From the IMG/VR virus record IMGVR_UViG_3300013121_000027, positions 96,001-160,000 of that record: a DNA stretch of 64,000 bases. The stretch is one strand, 5' to 3'. Made by a program: the position numbers and the translations under genes. This stretch comes from a virus. Taxonomy: Duplodnaviria; Caudoviricetes. Positions within the stretch are counted from its first letter, which is position 1. Each line of letters opens with the position of its first letter. Shown here piece after piece: positions 50,001 through 59,814 of this stretch. The notes under the pieces were generated by a model. The model did no database searches. It saw only the letters and a program-made list of their open reading frames with translations, and was not told where the DNA came from.

Positions 50001-53000
50001 TATAATAGTTAGCAGAAGTCCAGGTGTCCATTCCGACCGGTTTTGGATATCCATCCTGATGCTTATATTTTGTTTCGTATCTATTTGCACCATCGGTATT
50101 CCAATGAAGAACAACATCAGAGAACGTATCGGCAGTTGGTGGTACCCATACCTGTGTGGTTGTCGTGCTCTCCTCTACGGTTACACTTCTGATAGCTCTA
50201 CCGGTAAGCGAAAAAGTGACAGTCGTATCGCCTATTGAACTATCTATATGGGAAACGTTTGCCTGTAGTTGATATGGTTTCGTCGGATAAACTCTTTGAC
50301 CAGATCCTGGACCAATACCAGATACCATTTCATCTCTTACAACATAAGAACCCAAATGGAATGGAATATTAAAAGCAGGAGAATAAGCTTTTGTCCATGC
50401 GGTTGGAATAGAGTTGTCGTTTATTAAATCAGTCGTTAATGTTTGAACCAATGGATTTGTTATGACGATAAAGTATCTCTTTGTTGCTCCAGTAAAAGAA
50501 TTAAATAAATCATTTGTATGATTGGGGTCTAACCTATTTATCTCTTCCTGAATGATTTGTTTGGCGGTTTTGTCAGAAAGAATCCTTTGCCAGGTTGGTT
50601 CTACGTCGGTAGATTTAACTGGAAGGAGTGCAAAGTTATACTTTATTTTTTCGTCTTCCGCTAAAATACCATTAGATGGATCTATAACCCATGATGTTTT
50701 CCAATCGCTATAGACGGTAACACTTTGAGTATTGCTGTTATTTGTTCCAATAGTATTATTATTAAAATCCGGTCCAGCTTTATTAATTGTCGAATACAAC
50801 ATGGTATTTAATCTCAATTTCATCTCACACGCATTGGCGGCTGAACTAACCATAGCTTTTAGGTTGCGTAGATATGAAGAATTAAGAAGATTTATATCTG
50901 ACAATTGCAATGAACGAGAAGCCATATTGCCATTAACATCAAATAAATGATCTTCAAAAAGACATGAAGTCGAAATGAATAAATTCCCACCACCATTAAA
51001 TCTCTTATGTAGAGCAGTTTTATGATATGCCTGAGTGTATGACTTTTCTATCGAGCAAGAACCATGAATGGTTATTACTTTCCCAGTCGTATCCGTAATA
51101 GTCTCATCTGGATCTAATGCGGTAAAGTCAGCATTTAAAACAGTGGTTCCATCAATTCCATCTCTAATAATTGCATTAAAGAGTTTTCCAGCCGTTGAGT
51201 AAGCACCGTTAGCGTAAGATCCTATATGAAGACCACCAGTTCCACTGAGATAGATTGATGTGACGCCATTTGTCGTATTGGTGGTAAGCGTAGTCCAAGT
51301 TGTTGGCTCGGTATCTTGATCTGCGGCGTATTTAAATGTGATAACTCTGTCACTACCATTAGCAATGTCAAGAGTAACCTTAATCCAATAAGTTTGTCCA
51401 TCAGAAAATGGAACGACGCTCGAAAGACTTGTTGAAATAGCGGTACCGTTTGTACTCCACCATAGGTTAAGTTTTCCATCTCCATCAACCAAAAGGGCAT
51501 ATTGGTACTCTCCGGATGTCGTCCAAGATTTTCCTATTAATCCCTGATTTTCTCCATATATCCAGTTGTCAAGAGCAACCCTACATACTATTTCTAAATC
51601 GGTATCAATGTTTAATGAGGCGTGATCTGGTGATGTAAGCTGTGTTCCATCTATTCTTTCTGTTCTTATATAAGTTTTATCGGAATCCGTATTAAGAGCT
51701 TCGAGAACTGGTCTAAAAGCGGCTGAGTCATAAGATTTAATAAACTGAAAAGAAACATCGGCTATATTTTGATATGCAGAAAGCGATTCTTCTTTTTCCT
51801 GATCTGTGAGTGACCATCCAGCAATGACATCTGCATCTGAAAGAATGGACCCTGTATCGGTATAGCTATTGATTATATCTGAAACATTAGGTGGCCAATT
51901 TTCCCACATACCAAAGGCACCGAATGTATCATCCTGATTGTCTATAGTAGCGTCATAGATTCTTAACGTAGAGGCTGATACCATATCGGTAACGTTAAGT
52001 GGATCGATTAAAGATGTCTGAAGTGTTTCCGAGAATTCAAAATCGGTTAAGCCAGATAGATCGCAAGAACTTGAAGTCTCAAGAATAAACGTCTTACCGA
52101 GTTGTTCAACGAAATAGTTTATTTTAGGTAAATATGGAGATATATCAATCGACTCCGCGGACGGTGCCCAAAGAAGGATATCGAAATTAGATAATTGATC
52201 TAAAGTTATTGATCCAATGTCTACATGCCAGTATGCGGCTTGTGTCTTTGTAAAACCCACTACATTGGAGTAATCGTAAGTTTCATGAAGTGGATTCACA
52301 AATTGAATTTTCGTGAAATTAAAATCACTTATGTTTAACTGATGAAAGAAGAAATTGGCTCTGGTAGAAAGATGATCGCCACCAGGTGGAACGACAACAC
52401 CAACCCGAATAAAAGTTGGCTCTTGACTAACAGTATTTGTTCCTGTATTTTCTTGCACTCTTGGACGCGTTATCTCACATGCCATCCGCCATCTGAAAAG
52501 CTGAAATACTCTTGGATCTGGAACCGCTTTACGCGGCACAAAGTATTTCCACCCATTAGAATTAACAGTAGAAGTTCCCAGAAGGTTTTGCTTCTTAGAA
52601 TATGGCTTAGATGAAAATATTTTTTCATTTATATTAGCTTGATCTACTACATCTGTTTCTTCTGGAATATATTTAAAATAATTGATAGGATTTATTTTCT
52701 CTTTAAATCCTTCTTCAAAATTTTTTAAGTTACCATTAATAGTTATTTCGGTTTTATTATAAACTAAAAATAGATCTTCAGTAATTGCATCTACGTGTAA
52801 AAAAACATGAATTCTATACACGGAATTTCTTGAGTCGGGATCTACCTGAACGCCATTTGGCTCAACGATAAAAATTTTATATTTCTTTTTTTCATTTTCA
52901 TCAACGAAATCAGATCCATTTTTATCTATAACTTTCACTAAGTTACCTAAATACTCTATCAAAGAACCAAAAGCAAGTCCGGTAAAATCTAAATGAAAAT

Positions 53001-53364
53001 ACCTACTCGCATGCAAAAAGGGTAAAGCCACATCCAAAACATAATCGGATTCTTTTACATTGGAAGGATCATCCATATTAAAGACGTCACCAACTATTGG
53101 ATATTCCTCTTCCCAAACTTGATTGCCATTTTCATCTTCAAGAACACCAAGAGCATTAGCATAGGCTATCTTGACTTTATTCTGTTCCGAGTTGTTAACA
53201 GAAAATGCGGCTTGTGAAGTATCAACTATGACGATATTATTCTCTGGATTAACTTTAGGTGGTTGTACCCACGCTAAGTTTACAGCCCCCTCCGGAACTA
53301 TTTGCCCACGCCTTAAAGCTTGTTCGATATTATCATCGGCTATATTTTCAAATCGTTTTGTCAT
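47035..53364 (-). CDS. large tail/baseplate protein with a LamG-like lectin insert and a peptidoglycan-binding domain
   Basis: 2109 aa. SPDHASLNIDTDLEIVCRVALDNW...LHIGS is ConA/LamG-like. VDGVYGSKTAAAVTKFQ...DGIVDAETW is PG_binding_1-like. Confidence 0.8.
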   Translation of the reverse strand: MTKRFENIADDNIEQALRRGQIVPEGAVNLAWVQPPKVNPENNIVIVDTSQAAFSVNNSEQNKVKIAYANALGVLEDENGNQVWEEEYPIVGDVFNMDDPSNVKESDYVLDVALPFLHASRYFHLDFTGLAFGSLIEYLGNLVKVIDKNGSDFVDENEKKKYKIFIVEPNGVQVDPDSRNSVYRIHVFLHVDAITEDLFLVYNKTEITINGNLKNFEEGFKEKINPINYFKYIPEETDVVDQANINEKIFSSKPYSKKQNLLGTSTVNSNGWKYFVPRKAVPDPRVFQLFRWRMACEITRPRVQENTGTNTVSQEPTFIRVGVVVPPGGDHLSTRANFFFHQLNISDFNFTKIQFVNPLHETYDYSNVVGFTKTQAAYWHVDIGSITLDQLSNFDILLWAPSAESIDISPYLPKINYFVEQLGKTFILETSSSCDLSGLTDFEFSETLQTSLIDPLNVTDMVSASTLRIYDATIDNQDDTFGAFGMWENWPPNVSDIINSYTDTGSILSDADVIAGWSLTDQEKEESLSAYQNIADVSFQFIKSYDSAAFRPVLEALNTDSDKTYIRTERIDGTQLTSPDHASLNIDTDLEIVCRVALDNWIYGENQGLIGKSWTTSGEYQYALLVDGDGKLNLWWSTNGTAISTSLSSVVPFSDGQTYWIKVTLDIANGSDRVITFKYAADQDTEPTTWTTLTTNTTNGVTSIYLSGTGGLHIGSYANGAYSTAGKLFNAIIRDGIDGTTVLNADFTALDPDETITDTTGKVITIHGSCSIEKSYTQAYHKTALHKRFNGGGNLFISTSCLFEDHLFDVNGNMASRSLQLSDINLLNSSYLRNLKAMVSSAANACEMKLRLNTMLYSTINKAGPDFNNNTIGTNNSNTQSVTVYSDWKTSWVIDPSNGILAEDEKIKYNFALLPVKSTDVEPTWQRILSDKTAKQIIQEEINRLDPNHTNDLFNSFTGATKRYFIVITNPLVQTLTTDLINDNSIPTAWTKAYSPAFNIPFHLGSYVVRDEMVSGIGPGSGQRVYPTKPYQLQANVSHIDSSIGDTTVTFSLTGRAIRSVTVEESTTTTQVWVPPTADTFSDVVLHWNTDGANRYETKYKHQDGYPKPVGMDTWTSANYYNTLPNNWAYPGIHGFLHAGSSSTTYTITPSTPYPSGYRPVWSYGSRWVMLKNSSGLLLTDTSGNFVKGELPLYHGVIPYEVSFTTNDAGLPIIRTSTSISAVSYYKNYTIDQVFPNGFGQLPTFTATTNSTASSSGQLVKVVQQILNYVIFFGDIAGPGLQVDGVYGSKTAAAVTKFQTYMGARYIDGIVDAETWSLLGYKLIAISNIPGFNDPLLLSYANNAKKFMMLNSLSDDLPETFYCKQSWEHNGPGQIREAFLIKFNERFPIYRISILPYTLDTVTNNLSIDWVDIAERDSLYGYDFSRGFPGNIIGKSGGDGQWINIDVPQTTTNSIIFRAFQSGPAGWGSARFIGIRDVAVYGKKFFPGAAGYYRDVTVTVPGRTYQERVDLSFSATVNFKYGVPQIFSPALALQSSDGSALSNIKWDIHSLDIQPSSTGAFFDVEFIDAQEETEDGQSTILNKLKLTYKGYQSVLSSENFVNGVMIGNGSNGFYTKNTSGAIEQYEKYYGWIKKDDGLRLICDSSGKPFGFPSALPDNVTTSTHFARYKLNAFGTDQTIYYGFYDIQTGEFLVNTFGEPEVSYYDYVRRGPQNIFIAVKTIYELDSSVNVPGNIDSIMRPFRWAMPVYSITSGRQSTIKIEPMSKGLTKTDLWSLPIKTGFFTRDIQLRLRDNGSYTNYLKNYQGTTVKAFYSVPEAKNEAWSSKYGRPYLDIKGETPTIVDESTIKISQYPFLISQVPTNNNSEADPYLPVFTVYRRSSASSPWVELVFSDIKDFDSKNGTITLNSPLSNLDPKLIKVDYTSDKKVYNFKGDAQTKINFNPFLSKNSDFVNKPLYIYLLPESVFDNAGVLISDSIRTRTVNFTSDDSIFNPSRVDFDPTALLIGIVHISTSSDINDLIILDTRKRGGGLSTAFSLSDMTTIQPEAESYWDIISDKAVSYQKGGFVIIRLPAELRDDFTYQQIKDVIERNITIGVAYQIEDLDGNRWVE

Positions 53365-53366
53365 GA

Positions 53367-56300
53367 TTAAAATTCCTTATAATCAGGATATTGTGGCGTA
53401 GCAGCTATAGAATCGTAAGTCGTTCCCAATATACCCATTTGGTACTGGGTATACTTGTCTATCGCATACCAGGAGGGTGGAGTCCAAATAATAACATCCT
53501 CATTTAACCCTGGTTCTAAAACCAGTTCATCATATGTTGTTGGGAAAGCGGGAGTCGCAGTATATTCTGGAAGATTCCAATAAGGAGTAGATGACTGTTC
53601 GGTACCAAGTGGTAGTCCAGAAATAAGATCTATACTATTAGTAACATCCGGATACTCATACCAATACACTAAATCACCAATTGTGGTAAAAGTTCCAGAT
53701 GGTGAAGCCGATTCGGATTCTGTTGATACAAACCAATATCCCGGAGTATCAGATGGATTAAATGGTCCAATTGAGAATCTACCATTTTGATCCGCTACAA
53801 CTCGTCCGTGTATACCGTCTAATCCTGGAGTCGCAGAAGAAGTATCCCAATCTATATTAAAAACTTCATATATAGTTCTTCCTTTACGCCAATATACATA
53901 AGCATTACTAACAGCATCGTGACCACTTGTGGTTACTTTGCCGTAAACGAAATTAGCATTTTCTGGATCGGCTAAAATATAATCTGAATCTGGTATCGCA
54001 TAAATACTATATGTTTCCGTCGGTATGACTTCAATATCAAATTTCGCAGTAGTAGAAAAATCCCCTTCAACCAGAATAATTCCCTGATCTAAAGTTCCAG
54101 GAGTAGCAGGTGCCAATGCTGGAGTAGAGGGGTAAGCCGGTGTGGCTGGGGTCCAAATATTTGATTGAAGTGTAAATGCGGTAAACCCATTATTATCCGT
54201 TATAACCACATCGTCTGACAAAGATCCAAAGTTAGTAAAAACATTTAGAGATTGGTAGGGTTTTGGATTGCCATTTATATCTGTTGTTTTGACAGTGACT
54301 ATGGCATAATCAATTCCATCGGACACTATTTTTGTTGGACTTATAGAGATATCAATTCTGTCAAGATCATAAATATCGTGATCTATATAGATAAATCCAT
54401 CATCTATAAATGTCTCGTTTGGATTAAGCTCAATATCGGCTGGTGTAGCTGGATCATAAATGGAAACCTCATATTCTATCCTATAGTAATCTGCCCCAAT
54501 TTCTCCAGGTGGTCTATCAAAAAAGACTTTTGTTTTATTTAAACCATCACTATCTACAAAATCATTATCTATATAGTATGAATAATTAGGAATATAATTG
54601 ACGTCATATTCATGAATTGAAATTGTTGGCGTTGCCAACTGTATCTCGTTGGATAATGTATAATTGGCAATCAATCCAAGAGATGAATTCGTGGTCGTAT
54701 CTACGATTGTTATATCTCTTATATCTTGGTATGAAGCTTTAAGCGCAGCCGTGTCATTCCCTGTTATTCTTTCTGTATTATCAATAGATAAAAGTGGTGT
54801 AGCGCTGTCGTAATTAAAGAATGAGGTTTGTCTAAGTTCAGCTATTGGCGTAGCACCATCTATAGCTTTAATTATAATAGGAGCACCTTGTCTGTTAAGA
54901 TCTGAAAGAACTTTATAAGATCCGGTAGCTTGTTCTGTATTTGGACTCGCATATAAATAATACTCATCCGTATCATCGTAAAACCATCCAGAATGGAGCT
55001 TTGGATTCCATTTCTGATTTATATTTGGTCTTAATCTACAAAAAATACGTAAAGTACTTAAATTATAAGTCAGTGTATCTGGATCATAGATCTCTATATT
55101 GACTGTGGATGGATACTGAACGGACAAATCAGTTTCTCCATAGTCCACAACGGCAGGTTTTATTGTGTTGGTTTCAAGCCAAACTATAACATTTGGTTCA
55201 TCAACGCTCTCAACACCAATCCATGTTAAGATATAATCTTCGGTTTCTGGAATATTGAAATCTGCTCTTGTTAATTCAAGATTGTCTAATAGATAGTCGC
55301 TACTATTAAAGTCTTGAGTTTTTCCATTTCTCCATGGTCCACTGGCATCTACGGTTCCACTTATTGGAGTTACGATAGAGCTTTCAAAGATCTCCCATAC
55401 ACCAATGTTAACTGGATAAGCTGCGCCTGACGTAGTAGAAAAGGTTAAGGATGTTGTTCCCGCGCTAAATGTCTTGTAATAATCGTCTGTCCAGGTAGTA
55501 TTTCCGTCTACAGCTATATATGTATTGGGTATAAAAATAGGAGTTGAAGCCACAGCATCAGAATATGCCCCAAACGTAGTAAGATTATAATTTGTTATAA
55601 AATCTACTTTGATAAGCCTTGAGCTTGTTGATGCTGGCCAGACAAAATTTGGAAGAGTTAGAACATAATCCTGAGCAGTCATGTCAGGCATTACGCCATT
55701 TAATGTTATATTATACGTATATTTTTCCGTTTGCCATGTATCAGGCGTTGCACCTAAATAATTTGTACTATGGCTTTCAAACCAAAATGCACCAAAGTGG
55801 TTCCACCAGGTATATGGACTCTTGGTTAATGAAGTTCCACCATCAAGCCCCATAATTGTACCTGGTTCGCCATCAAACCATGCCTTATAATCACTCTGTG
55901 TTGGAGCATTCATATAAGCTGGCGTTGCCGCATCTCCATTAAAGTGTCCTGGATAAATATTAACAGCTGATACTAACGGAAGTGGAATTTGAGACCCATA
56001 ACTAACACCGGTTGATTTATTTTTAAAATCAAATCCGATATCTGTATATCCATCTGGAGTGGTCCATTCTATTAGGGCACGAGAGGCTGGCGATGGTGTT
56101 GGCGTATAGTAATCCACATCACTTTTGGCGGTGGCGGTAACATTACAGTAGAAGGTATGTTGAGTTGGTGAAGCTCCATCTTCATAAACTGATAACTCGA
56201 TTGTAAAATATCCCTGCAAAACAGGATTATCCCAAACGGCATTTGCAGCCGTACCATAAATCTGGACAGCAAACGATAGCGGAATATGTTCTGATCGTAA

Positions 56301-57890
56301 AGTCTTTTTACGTCCCTTTATCTTTAAAGTTGTATTAAAATCATACTTATTTTGCACTTCGCGCGGTCTAAATACATAAAGATCATTACCATCACCAACG
56401 CCAGATTCAAGATACTCTTGTGACACTGGCGTAGCATCTAATTGCCTTGGTAGTGTGTCAAATCCCTTATGTCCATTAAAACCATCAGCATCCCAGAAGG
56501 CATTTCCGTATTTGAAAAATCCCCAAGTCATAGGATATTTAATTGCCAATTCTTGAACCAGATCTTTAAATTTTTGAGTTGGGATACCATCAACAAAGAA
56601 GTCTTCATCATTTTCTATATCGGATATTTCTATGACTTCAGGAGTAGCCCCAAGGAAAGCGGAATCCGGAGTCGCGTTTGAATATCTCCAAAGGTTCAAT
56701 TCTCGTCTTAAAGTTTTCTTAAATAATTCTTTACTAACGCCCGGGTTATTTATATAAACATCTAAAATCCTCTTCCTAAAAGAATCATTATCTTCTAGAT
56801 ACCCATTAGGGGTTGCACTTTGAATCCTAAAGAGATCAACAGAGACACCAAGATCATCAAGCCCATTCCAAATATGATATGGCTTTTGATATACTTTAGT
56901 TCCGTTTATTAAAAGTTCGTCATATAAAATATTAGTAAATATTTCATCTGTAGCCCTAGACCAATAACATGCATTGTCGTCATCTTGTGATGCGTAAAAT
57001 TCCTCAACGCTTGAGGTCTTAGCTAACGATATACCATCACCAGTTATAGACCAAACAATATCTGGTACGCCCTGTGTAATATAAATCCAAGCTTTTTGAT
57101 CTAAATCAACTGTATCGATATAATATTGATATTCCTGATACTTTATTTTTTGAGTAAGATCAGTAAGCCACTCTCCAGCAATAGCATTTAAAAACTCTCC
57201 ACCTACTGAGATTGGTGTTGCTTTATCTTCTTTAAGGGGATCGTCTGGATCATGCTCACGAAGTGCCATCCATTGTGGAAATTTATCTTGTATTTTTTTT
57301 GTTGATGCGAAATATCCATTTGTTACAGGTGGATCTATCTCTACAGCAATAATCATCTCTATAGATTTGCCGTCTACAAGGATAGTCGAATCTAAATCAA
57401 AAATAAGTTCAAAGAACGCATACCTGGACGATTCAATATTGAAAACATTTCTTCCCAAGATGATATTTTCTTGAACGGACCAATCACTTACCATTGATGG
57501 GGTGGCATGAAGATAATAAGGAGTGGAATCAGAAAAGTCGGAGGTGTAAACCGAGAGTTTACTTCCAACAGCCGACGAGATTGAGGCATCGAATGATACC
57601 TTCCAGTCCATAATATCGATTCTGGCTGACGTATCTACGAACCTTCCAGAATCTACAAAACCAATTTCCGATTCAGTTGCAGATAACTGATTTAATCCAG
57701 TATAAACGCCATTATTTAAAAGGTTAGTCCCAAAACCAATCCTTTTAACTGTATAGTTTTTGTATTGTGAATTAAAGTATAGATCGAAAACGTCCGTACG
57801 CCAAGTATACCTCGTATTGGTATCGTCTAAGATATCGGATGTCTTACTGACGAAATCATTTTCAGTAAAACGCAGATGATAAAGTTTCAT
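53367..57890 (-). CDS. large baseplate/tail protein with an Ig-like region and 17 Ala-Thr-Pro motifs
   Basis: 1507 aa, directly downstream of baseplate J. EDNDSFRKRILDV is wedge-like and IVSDGIDYAIVTVKTTDINGNP is Big_1-like. Confidence 0.8.
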   Translation of the reverse strand: MKLYHLRFTENDFVSKTSDILDDTNTRYTWRTDVFDLYFNSQYKNYTVKRIGFGTNLLNNGVYTGLNQLSATESEIGFVDSGRFVDTSARIDIMDWKVSFDASISSAVGSKLSVYTSDFSDSTPYYLHATPSMVSDWSVQENIILGRNVFNIESSRYAFFELIFDLDSTILVDGKSIEMIIAVEIDPPVTNGYFASTKKIQDKFPQWMALREHDPDDPLKEDKATPISVGGEFLNAIAGEWLTDLTQKIKYQEYQYYIDTVDLDQKAWIYITQGVPDIVWSITGDGISLAKTSSVEEFYASQDDDNACYWSRATDEIFTNILYDELLINGTKVYQKPYHIWNGLDDLGVSVDLFRIQSATPNGYLEDNDSFRKRILDVYINNPGVSKELFKKTLRRELNLWRYSNATPDSAFLGATPEVIEISDIENDEDFFVDGIPTQKFKDLVQELAIKYPMTWGFFKYGNAFWDADGFNGHKGFDTLPRQLDATPVSQEYLESGVGDGNDLYVFRPREVQNKYDFNTTLKIKGRKKTLRSEHIPLSFAVQIYGTAANAVWDNPVLQGYFTIELSVYEDGASPTQHTFYCNVTATAKSDVDYYTPTPSPASRALIEWTTPDGYTDIGFDFKNKSTGVSYGSQIPLPLVSAVNIYPGHFNGDAATPAYMNAPTQSDYKAWFDGEPGTIMGLDGGTSLTKSPYTWWNHFGAFWFESHSTNYLGATPDTWQTEKYTYNITLNGVMPDMTAQDYVLTLPNFVWPASTSSRLIKVDFITNYNLTTFGAYSDAVASTPIFIPNTYIAVDGNTTWTDDYYKTFSAGTTSLTFSTTSGAAYPVNIGVWEIFESSIVTPISGTVDASGPWRNGKTQDFNSSDYLLDNLELTRADFNIPETEDYILTWIGVESVDEPNVIVWLETNTIKPAVVDYGETDLSVQYPSTVNIEIYDPDTLTYNLSTLRIFCRLRPNINQKWNPKLHSGWFYDDTDEYYLYASPNTEQATGSYKVLSDLNRQGAPIIIKAIDGATPIAELRQTSFFNYDSATPLLSIDNTERITGNDTAALKASYQDIRDITIVDTTTNSSLGLIANYTLSNEIQLATPTISIHEYDVNYIPNYSYYIDNDFVDSDGLNKTKVFFDRPPGEIGADYYRIEYEVSIYDPATPADIELNPNETFIDDGFIYIDHDIYDLDRIDISISPTKIVSDGIDYAIVTVKTTDINGNPKPYQSLNVFTNFGSLSDDVVITDNNGFTAFTLQSNIWTPATPAYPSTPALAPATPGTLDQGIILVEGDFSTTAKFDIEVIPTETYSIYAIPDSDYILADPENANFVYGKVTTSGHDAVSNAYVYWRKGRTIYEVFNIDWDTSSATPGLDGIHGRVVADQNGRFSIGPFNPSDTPGYWFVSTESESASPSGTFTTIGDLVYWYEYPDVTNSIDLISGLPLGTEQSSTPYWNLPEYTATPAFPTTYDELVLEPGLNEDVIIWTPPSWYAIDKYTQYQMGILGTTYDSIAATPQYPDYKEF

Positions 57891-57905
57891 TCTTATACCT
57901 TATAT

Positions 57906-59057
57906 TTAAGAAAGAGCGACACCAACAACTATATCGCCAGGGATAATTTGTTCATCATAAGCTGGTTTATAATTGCGTCTTGTAAGTTCGCTACCATTAA
58001 TAGAAAATCTTTTAACTATGACATCTTTTATAATACTTGTCGATTCTAATATTGTTGATATAAGTCTATTATATACTAATTGCTCCCCTGGCATCAAGGA
58101 ATTAAGATATCTTACAATGCCAACATTTGCTCTTTGTATTGCGTTCTCGGTAATTTGATTATTTCCAGCCATTGGAATAATTAAATCTACAGAGATATCA
58201 ACTGGTTTAGTTGTGGGAAGACGAACAAACATTCTTGTTCCAAGTGGACGAACAGATTCCATCGCTGCTGTAACTTGCGATGAAACTTGCTTTGTGTTAA
58301 CATTCCTCTCCGGTACGACTATAGCCTCAAATGATCCCATACCATAAGGCGTTTGACCGATGGAAATATCTCTGACTCCGGCTACGCTTAATGCTGCAAA
58401 TCTGACAGCTTGGACAGTTCCACTTGCGTTGACTCTTATTTGCTTTATGATCCTTGCTCTATAAGAATCATCTTCTTCGTAATTAATCAATTGAGAAATC
58501 GTTTTTGGATTAGTGCAAAAAACAGTGGCTCCGGGAGGAGAAGCGAAGTCGTGAAGAATAAGAGAATTTGGAGCCGCAGTGAATACTGAATCGCTAAAGT
58601 TTGGAATTAATCCAGTGTAAGCTACTTTCCTTCCCATAAGAATAGTAGTTTCTTCCTGCGTTTTATATGAAAATGTTCTGCCTATATATGTTGTAGCATC
58701 GGTGTAAACATTGGTTCCACTTGGGATTTTGATATCGAATGGCGCAGGGGTTTGAGTGAAAAATATAAACGCTCCAAGTTTTTTATCTATGATTGCTAAA
58801 TCGTTTATAGTCTTTCTTGTAACCCCATAAAGAGAACCAAATAAATCAAGTGCTGCGCCGGTGGCGGTAGATAATATGTTCTGATTTAGATTATAATCTA
58901 ATATATCATACATGTCACCAAGCTCTGTCGTTATAGCCTCTGTTATTGCTCGCGCGACAGATCCTGGATTCGTTGCGGAAATAGAGGAAGATAAAGATAT
59001 TTTTCTTAGTGCTTGAGATAAAATATCTGCATTATTCTTTTTTAGGTATCCTGGCAT
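57906..59057 (-). CDS. baseplate J-like wedge protein
   Basis: PGSVARAI, ATGAALDLFG..YGVTRK, EEDDSYRARI, GVRD. Confidence 0.88.
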   Translation of the reverse strand: MPGYLKKNNADILSQALRKISLSSSISATNPGSVARAITEAITTELGDMYDILDYNLNQNILSTATGAALDLFGSLYGVTRKTINDLAIIDKKLGAFIFFTQTPAPFDIKIPSGTNVYTDATTYIGRTFSYKTQEETTILMGRKVAYTGLIPNFSDSVFTAAPNSLILHDFASPPGATVFCTNPKTISQLINYEEDDSYRARIIKQIRVNASGTVQAVRFAALSVAGVRDISIGQTPYGMGSFEAIVVPERNVNTKQVSSQVTAAMESVRPLGTRMFVRLPTTKPVDISVDLIIPMAGNNQITENAIQRANVGIVRYLNSLMPGEQLVYNRLISTILESTSIIKDVIVKRFSINGSELTRRNYKPAYDEQIIPGDIVVGVALS

Positions 59058-59067
59058 TTTAAATCCT

Positions 59068-59451
59068 TTAAATAATCCCGAGCTCTTGCTCGATAGAAAG
59101 TATCATTTCAGATCTATTTCCAATAGTTATGTAAATATCAAATCTAATAGATTGAATTCCAGTAGGGATTGCCTTGACTGATACTTGTGTATTAATAAAT
59201 TTATTATTCTTAGCAAGAGCAGCCTTTATTAATTCACACCCATATTGTCCAGTTCTTTCCGTCTGTGGCATGCCTATAAGGGATTCCAATTCGGTACCTA
59301 AGGCTGGGTATAGGGCATAATCAGTAATTGGAGTCATCATAATCATATATGCTTGCTGGGAAAAATCCCTCCAATTAGTATCTGTTAAGGCTAAATCGCC
59401 AGTGCTCGAAATCGTTAAATCTCCAGTGTCTGTCATATAAAGATCGGGCAT
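59068..59451 (-). CDS. baseplate wedge gp25/W-like protein
   Basis: GDL.I...GDLAL, YPALGTELESLIG. It lies upstream of baseplate J. Confidence 0.8.
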   Translation of the reverse strand: MPDLYMTDTGDLTISSTGDLALTDTNWRDFSQQAYMIMMTPITDYALYPALGTELESLIGMPQTERTGQYGCELIKAALAKNNKFINTQVSVKAIPTGIQSIRFDIYITIGNRSEMILSIEQELGII

Positions 59452-59810
59452 TAGGATTCTCCATCTACGAAATGATTTATTCCATCATAAAGCCCAGATG
59501 TTTGGTTCTTGGGAAAAATGAAAGCTGGTTCAGAAAACTTAGTTGCTTTTGGATTAAATGCTAATTTATTCCACTTTAGTCCTTCATCATCTTTGGTTAA
59601 AAATTTAACATTATCACCAACAAGGAATATGCAATGTTGTGAAGCGCTTATAATAATTCCAAGTCCATCTTGAGCCATGATTTGAATATCGCCATTATCT
59701 GATAGTTTTATAAAAGAAAAGACATCAGGATGAGTTATTCCAACTTCTCTACCGTTAAATTTAGACTGCTTTGATAAAAGCTCATAAGGTCTGGTGAATG
59801 AAGTTGACAT
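59451..59810 (-). CDS. baseplate/spike-associated protein
   Basis: SFIKLSDNGDIQI beta-strand repeats and gene position. Confidence 0.6.
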   Translation of the reverse strand: MSTSFTRPYELLSKQSKFNGREVGITHPDVFSFIKLSDNGDIQIMAQDGLGIIISASQHCIFLVGDNVKFLTKDDEGLKWNKLAFNPKATKFSEPAFIFPKNQTSGLYDGINHFVDGES

Positions 59811-59814
59811 ATTA

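Noticed and set aside
53367-57890. ATP motifs as a DNA-level repeat or diversity-generating retroelement target
   Set aside because: Codons and flanks differ at the sites checked, and no reverse transcriptase or template repeat was seen.
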